A DNA stretch of 7,182 nt from Pseudomonas phage 17897. A program made the translations under genes and the position numbers. Below, piece after piece: positions 4,121-7,182 of the stretch; the stretch's first letter is position 1; each line of letters opens with the position of its first letter. A model generated the notes under the pieces. It saw only the letters and a program-made list of their open reading frames with translations. It was not told where the DNA came from and searched no databases. Location of the stretch: the sequence record OR621025.1. One strand, 5' to 3'.

Positions 4121-5490
4121 CGTTCTCGTTTTTTCTCTCCTCTGAAGTTTCGTACTCCGCGACTCGAAAGAGCGTCACCGTGCCTAGTGCAAGTGTTGTT
4201 GCGCGCGGTGGCGGCTCTCCTTCTGTTTCCGGCCCATCTTTAAAGATTCCTGGCCAGCCTGGCGTTGAATACATTCCTCGATCTGGCGGCGGGGCTTCTG
4301 GCGTTCCCATCAAGATTATCCCGACGATTGATTTCTCTATTCCTAGGACGATCAAGGGGGGTGTTTCGTCGCTTAAAGGTGGTGTTGCTGGTGTTGCTGC
4401 CACCGCTGCGATGGCAATGGCTCTGGATAAGATTGGCGGTTTTATTGATGAAAACGGAAAGCCTGTAATCAAGAAGCCGCAAGGGGAAGTTCCGATTGAT
4501 GTATTTGGCTATAGGAGTTCTGCCTGGAGCTTCTGCAATACGTCTATATATCCGTCTCCCATGGGTTATATGGCATGCGCTCAGCCGCGCATAGAGTCTT
4601 ACGTGAGTTCTACTATTTCTTACAAGCTTCAGCCGGTCCCAAATAGTAGCGGTTATCGTGTCCTTTGGACTAATAACAAGACTGGTCAAGAGTCGCAGTT
4701 CTATGTTGAGGCGGTAGGTAATTGTCCGGGAATTTTGGTTGATTCGACCTGCTATCAGGAAGAGGTAATAAGCCCTTTCACTGATTCGGATTATGACAGC
4801 CTGACCGATACGTTGTCGGGGGTGGTGGACCCGAATTGGCTCAAGGACTTGTTAACTGCGACTTGTGAGGGGTCTTTGAATCCGGCTGCGTGCTATGACC
4901 AGATGTCTGAAACGACGCACCTTAGCGGCCCGTCCTCGGTGACGGGGCCTAAGACTTCAAGCACGACGACAACCACGAATCCTGATGGCACTACCAGCAC
5001 GACGACGAAGGACACTCAAACTAAGTATGAGATTAAGTATGGCGATAACTATATCGACTATACGGAAACGACCACGACTACGACAACGAAAGACGGTGAT
5101 AAAACTGAAGAGACGACTACGACTGACACTGACGACGTGACGGCAGAAGTTCCTCCCGAAGAGAAAGAGGAGGAGGGTGGTAGCTTTGAAGACTCTGAAT
5201 TTCCGGAAGTTAAGCCGTTCTATGAACAAAAATATGAGGATGGGCTGGAGGGTGTATGGCGTGACAAGCGCGCCGAATTTGAAGATACGGAGTTCATGAA
5301 ATTTCTCCAGGGGTTCATTCCGTCGTTTTCGGGGCGGTGTCCGGCATTTGGGCTGGATATGAATATTGCGTCTTGGGCGAACTATGGTTATCAGCAATTC
5401 GGGTCTATCTGCTATGTGCTTGATTTCGTGAAGGCGATTCTTATGGTTTCGGCCTTGTTCTTGTGTCGCGCTCTGATTTTCGGAGGTTGA
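4084..5490 (+). CDS. pIII-like minor coat/adsorption protein, 468 aa. It has an N-terminal signal peptide (MGIYRRYAAAFLAFSFFLSSEVSYSA), a Gly-rich segment, a Thr/Asp/Glu-rich linker and a C-terminal membrane anchor (FGSICYVLDFVKAILMVSALFLCRALIFGG).
   Basis: The domain architecture and its position after the coat gene and terminator fit pIII. The downstream pVI-like gene starts 2 nt after its stop. Confidence 0.85.
   Translation: MGIYRRYAAAFLAFSFFLSSEVSYSATRKSVTVPSASVVARGGGSPSVSGPSLKIPGQPGVEYIPRSGGGASGVPIKIIPTIDFSIPRTIKGGVSSLKGGVAGVAATAAMAMALDKIGGFIDENGKPVIKKPQGEVPIDVFGYRSSAWSFCNTSIYPSPMGYMACAQPRIESYVSSTISYKLQPVPNSSGYRVLWTNNKTGQESQFYVEAVGNCPGILVDSTCYQEEVISPFTDSDYDSLTDTLSGVVDPNWLKDLLTATCEGSLNPAACYDQMSETTHLSGPSSVTGPKTSSTTTTTNPDGTTSTTTKDTQTKYEIKYGDNYIDYTETTTTTTTKDGDKTEETTTTDTDDVTAEVPPEEKEEEGGSFEDSEFPEVKPFYEQKYEDGLEGVWRDKRAEFEDTEFMKFLQGFIPSFSGRCPAFGLDMNIASWANYGYQQFGSICYVLDFVKAILMVSALFLCRALIFGG
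4957..5182 (+). repeat. Low-complexity Thr-rich coding repeat (ACN codons: ACGACGACAACCACG...ACGACCACGACTACGACAACG...ACGACTACGACTGACACTGACGAC). It is followed by an acidic Glu/Lys stretch and encodes the pIII interdomain linker.
   Basis: Seen directly in the sequence. It is a likely hotspot for in-frame length variation. Confidence 0.7.
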
Positions 5491-5491
5491 T

Positions 5492-5830
5492 ATGGCTGGG
5501 GTTTTTAAGTTCTTTACTGCGCTGCTTGCTAAGATTGTTGGATTTGCAAAATGGCTGCTGCTGGTGTTCGCTCAGATATTTAAAGATGCGTGGAATATGG
5601 TTACGGATGTTGTTTGCTGGGTGTTTGAGCAGACGCTTTCTATTGCGGCCTCGGCACTGGATGCAATCGCGATACCGTTCAACCCGCAAACATATTATGC
5701 AATGATCCCAGCGGAGGCGGCTAACATGCTGGGCTATGTGGGTGTGCCTCAGGCTATAACGCTTATTGTCGGCGCTCTGGTCGTCCGATTCCTGTTGCAA
5801 ACTATCCCGTTTGTCCGCTGGGGGTCGTAA
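5492..5830 (+). CDS. pVI-like minor coat protein, 112 aa, multi-TM hydrophobic (MAGVFKFFTALLAKIVGFAKWLLLVFAQIF...).
   Basis: RBS GGAGG at 5483-5487. Its TAATG overlap with the Zot start and its size and position match pVI of Ff phages. Confidence 0.75.
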   Translation: MAGVFKFFTALLAKIVGFAKWLLLVFAQIFKDAWNMVTDVVCWVFEQTLSIAASALDAIAIPFNPQTYYAMIPAEAANMLGYVGVPQAITLIVGALVVRFLLQTIPFVRWGS

Positions 5831-6990
5831 TGATTAACTTGATCCTGGGCCAGCCTGGTGGCGGAAAGTCTCATGAGGCTGTTGTCTATCATGTTGTTCC
5901 GGCGTTGAATCAAGGGCGAAAGGTCATCACGAATTTGGCCCTGGATATGGACAAATTCAAAGCGTTTTTTCCGGAGTCTTGGCATTTGATTGAGCTTCGG
6001 GACTCTACTGTTGAAGTTTTCGAGAATGAAAGTGGCGAGGAGGAGAGTAGGGTAGTACGCCCGTTTAGCCGGGCTGACCACTATGCGGACCCTTGGCGGC
6101 ATCCTGAAGAGGGATTCGGGCCGTTGTATGTGATCGATGAATGTCACCTTTCGATACCGCTGCGCGGCACGCCTGTGCCGGTTGAGGAGTGGTATTCGCT
6201 TCATCGTCACGAACTGGCCGATGTGCTGTTGATCACTCAGAGTTACGGCAAGATCAACCGGGCAATTCGTGACCTTGTCCAGGTCGTGTATCGCTGTAAG
6301 AAGGCTACGGCTTTCGGCACCAATGATCGCTATATCCGCAAGGTCCAGGACGGTCTGCGCGGCGAGGTCGTGAATACCAGCATCCGGGAGTATCAGAAAC
6401 AGTTCTACGGATTCTGGAAGTCGCATACGCGGTCCTCGGCCGCAGGCCAGGAACTGGCCGCTAATGACATTGTGCCGATCTGGAAGCGCTGGCCGTTCAA
6501 AGGTGCTGCGCTGTGCTTCCTGATCGTCATCTGTCTGTCGACGTGGAACGTCACGCGGGAAAAGAAGCATGCGCCGCCGCCCAGGGTTCAGCCGGTGGCT
6601 GCGAGTGTCGACTCTGCGCCTGTAGGTGCGGCTCCAGCTGTTCCAGCGGCTCCGGTGATCGAGGCCAAGCCTCGGGGGCCTGAGCAGAAGTTACATCCGT
6701 TCCAGGGGCTGTCTATGCATCTGATCGCAACCATGCGTGGTAAGCGCTTTCGGGATGGTGTTGAGGAAGAGTTTCTGGGCGGTTTTATCCAGCTCGCGAA
6801 TAACGGGCAGCCGGTCAGTAAGGTGTCGTTTGATGACTTGCGCACCGCGGGTTATTCGATCACTTGGGAATCGCCGACGGTCGTTTCGCTGACGTATAAG
6901 GGCTTCGATATCGGTTACGTGGTAACGGATATGCCGCTGGTATCCGCAGCAAAGGACATCGCAGTAACCACGCCTGTGCAGGCGCCTTGA
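5830..6990 (+). CDS. zot: Zot/pI-family morphogenesis (assembly) ATPase, 386 aa.
   Basis: Walker A GQPGGGKS near the N-terminus. Walker B-like LYVIDECH. Single TM (AALCFLIVICLSTW) at about residue 220. A Pro/Ala-rich periplasmic linker follows, then a C-terminal domain. This matches the pI/Zot topology. Confidence 0.9.
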   Translation: MINLILGQPGGGKSHEAVVYHVVPALNQGRKVITNLALDMDKFKAFFPESWHLIELRDSTVEVFENESGEEESRVVRPFSRADHYADPWRHPEEGFGPLYVIDECHLSIPLRGTPVPVEEWYSLHRHELADVLLITQSYGKINRAIRDLVQVVYRCKKATAFGTNDRYIRKVQDGLRGEVVNTSIREYQKQFYGFWKSHTRSSAAGQELAANDIVPIWKRWPFKGAALCFLIVICLSTWNVTREKKHAPPPRVQPVAASVDSAPVGAAPAVPAAPVIEAKPRGPEQKLHPFQGLSMHLIATMRGKRFRDGVEEEFLGGFIQLANNGQPVSKVSFDDLRTAGYSITWESPTVVSLTYKGFDIGYVVTDMPLVSAAKDIAVTTPVQAP

Positions 6991-6997
6991 GGGAATT

Positions 6998-7022
6998 GGG
7001 AGGGCTCCCGCTTGCGGGAGGG
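6998..7022. other. GC-rich inverted/direct repeat GGGAGGGCTCCCgcttgcGGGAGGG just after the Zot stop.
   Basis: CTCCC/GGGAG arms with a direct repeat of GGGAGGG. It may be a terminator or an origin-associated structure. Confidence 0.4.
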
Positions 7023-7170
7023 ACCCGATTCCCGGCGGTGCCTGTGTTCTCGATTAACCCCTTTGACGGTCGTTCCAGGGTCAGCCCAAAGGCTCCAGGC
7101 CCTGGATATCTTCGCCCGTTGCCCAGCGTCGATTTCAGCGTCGGATGGTTCGGGGGTTCGCATCTCTGGC

Positions 7171-7182
7171 TTCGCATAATGT
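7171..7182. repeat. Terminal direct repeat copy 2: TTCGCATAATGT. A partial extra TTCGCAT lies 9 nt upstream at about 7156-7162.
   Basis: Exact match to nt 1-12. The sequence reads ggTTCGCATctctggcTTCGCATAATGT. Confidence 0.7.

Larger units (their letters stand above)
1..7182 (+). mobile_element. Complete filamentous phage (Inovirus-like) genome or prophage, about 7170 bp unique sequence plus a 12-bp terminal repeat.
   Basis: Canonical inovirus gene order on one strand: Rep, small ORFs, ssDNA-binding protein, 44-aa major coat, pIII-like, pVI-like, Zot/pI. A divergent XRE repressor is also present. The window starts and ends with the identical 12-mer TTCGCATAATGT. The size is typical of Pf1, Pf3 or M13-class genomes. 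Confidence 0.85.

Noticed and set aside
3654-4689. Minus-strand ORFs 3654..3938, 4092..4472 and 4240..4689. Plus-strand ORFs 3881..4120 (N-terminal part) and 4265..4468.
   Set aside because: They are antisense or out of frame to the coat and pIII genes. The 3881..4120 frame only becomes plausible from the ATG at 3998.
5749-6570. 273-aa minus-strand ORF antisense to Zot.
   Set aside because: Same reasoning. Zot on the plus strand has Walker A/B motifs and the expected topology.
6588-7177. Minus-strand ORFs 6588..6845, 6860..7177 and 6915..7163 in or near the terminal intergenic region.
   Set aside because: Pro/Arg/Gly-rich translations of GC-rich structured non-coding DNA. No RBS is present.
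1-7182. CRISPR arrays, tRNA/rRNA genes, and a tRNA-type attachment site as in Pf4.
   Set aside because: There is no repeat-spacer periodicity and no cloverleaf-capable segment. The boundary motif is dif-like rather than a tRNA 3' end.

Overview
The window reads as one complete small filamentous phage (Inovirus-like) genome or prophage of about 7.17 kb. Its first 12 nt (TTCGCATAATGT, 1-12) are repeated exactly as its last 12 nt (7171-7182). Everything between those repeats is phage: (i) a minus-strand XRE-family HTH repressor (1019..1372 or longer), with a 65-aa membrane-anchored ORF of unknown function downstream of it; (ii) a plus-strand Rep_trans/pII-type rolling-circle initiator (1507..2643); (iii) three translationally coupled small genes, including a 32-aa Cys4 zinc-ribbon microprotein; (iv) a gene-V-like ssDNA-binding protein; (v) a 47-aa hydrophobic protein; (vi) a 44-aa signal-less major coat protein followed by a strong intrinsic terminator; (vii) a pIII-like adsorption protein with a Thr-rich linker; (viii) a pVI-like protein; (ix) a Zot/pI assembly ATPase. 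The rest is two structured intergenic regions. The one spanning the junction holds a dif-like XerC-arm motif, a long nested hairpin and a phased array of four GGTACC palindromes with 26-bp direct repeats. The one at 515-725 is a hairpin cluster. No integrase, secretin (pIV), tRNA, rRNA or CRISPR is present. The most interesting inference is that the element is XerCD-dependent (an IMEX). The dif-like arm could be presented as an intramolecularly folded plus-strand hairpin, as in CTXphi. All functional calls come from motif recognition and gene order by eye, with no database search. The ORF track translates TTG/GTG starts as M, so several track starts were revised.
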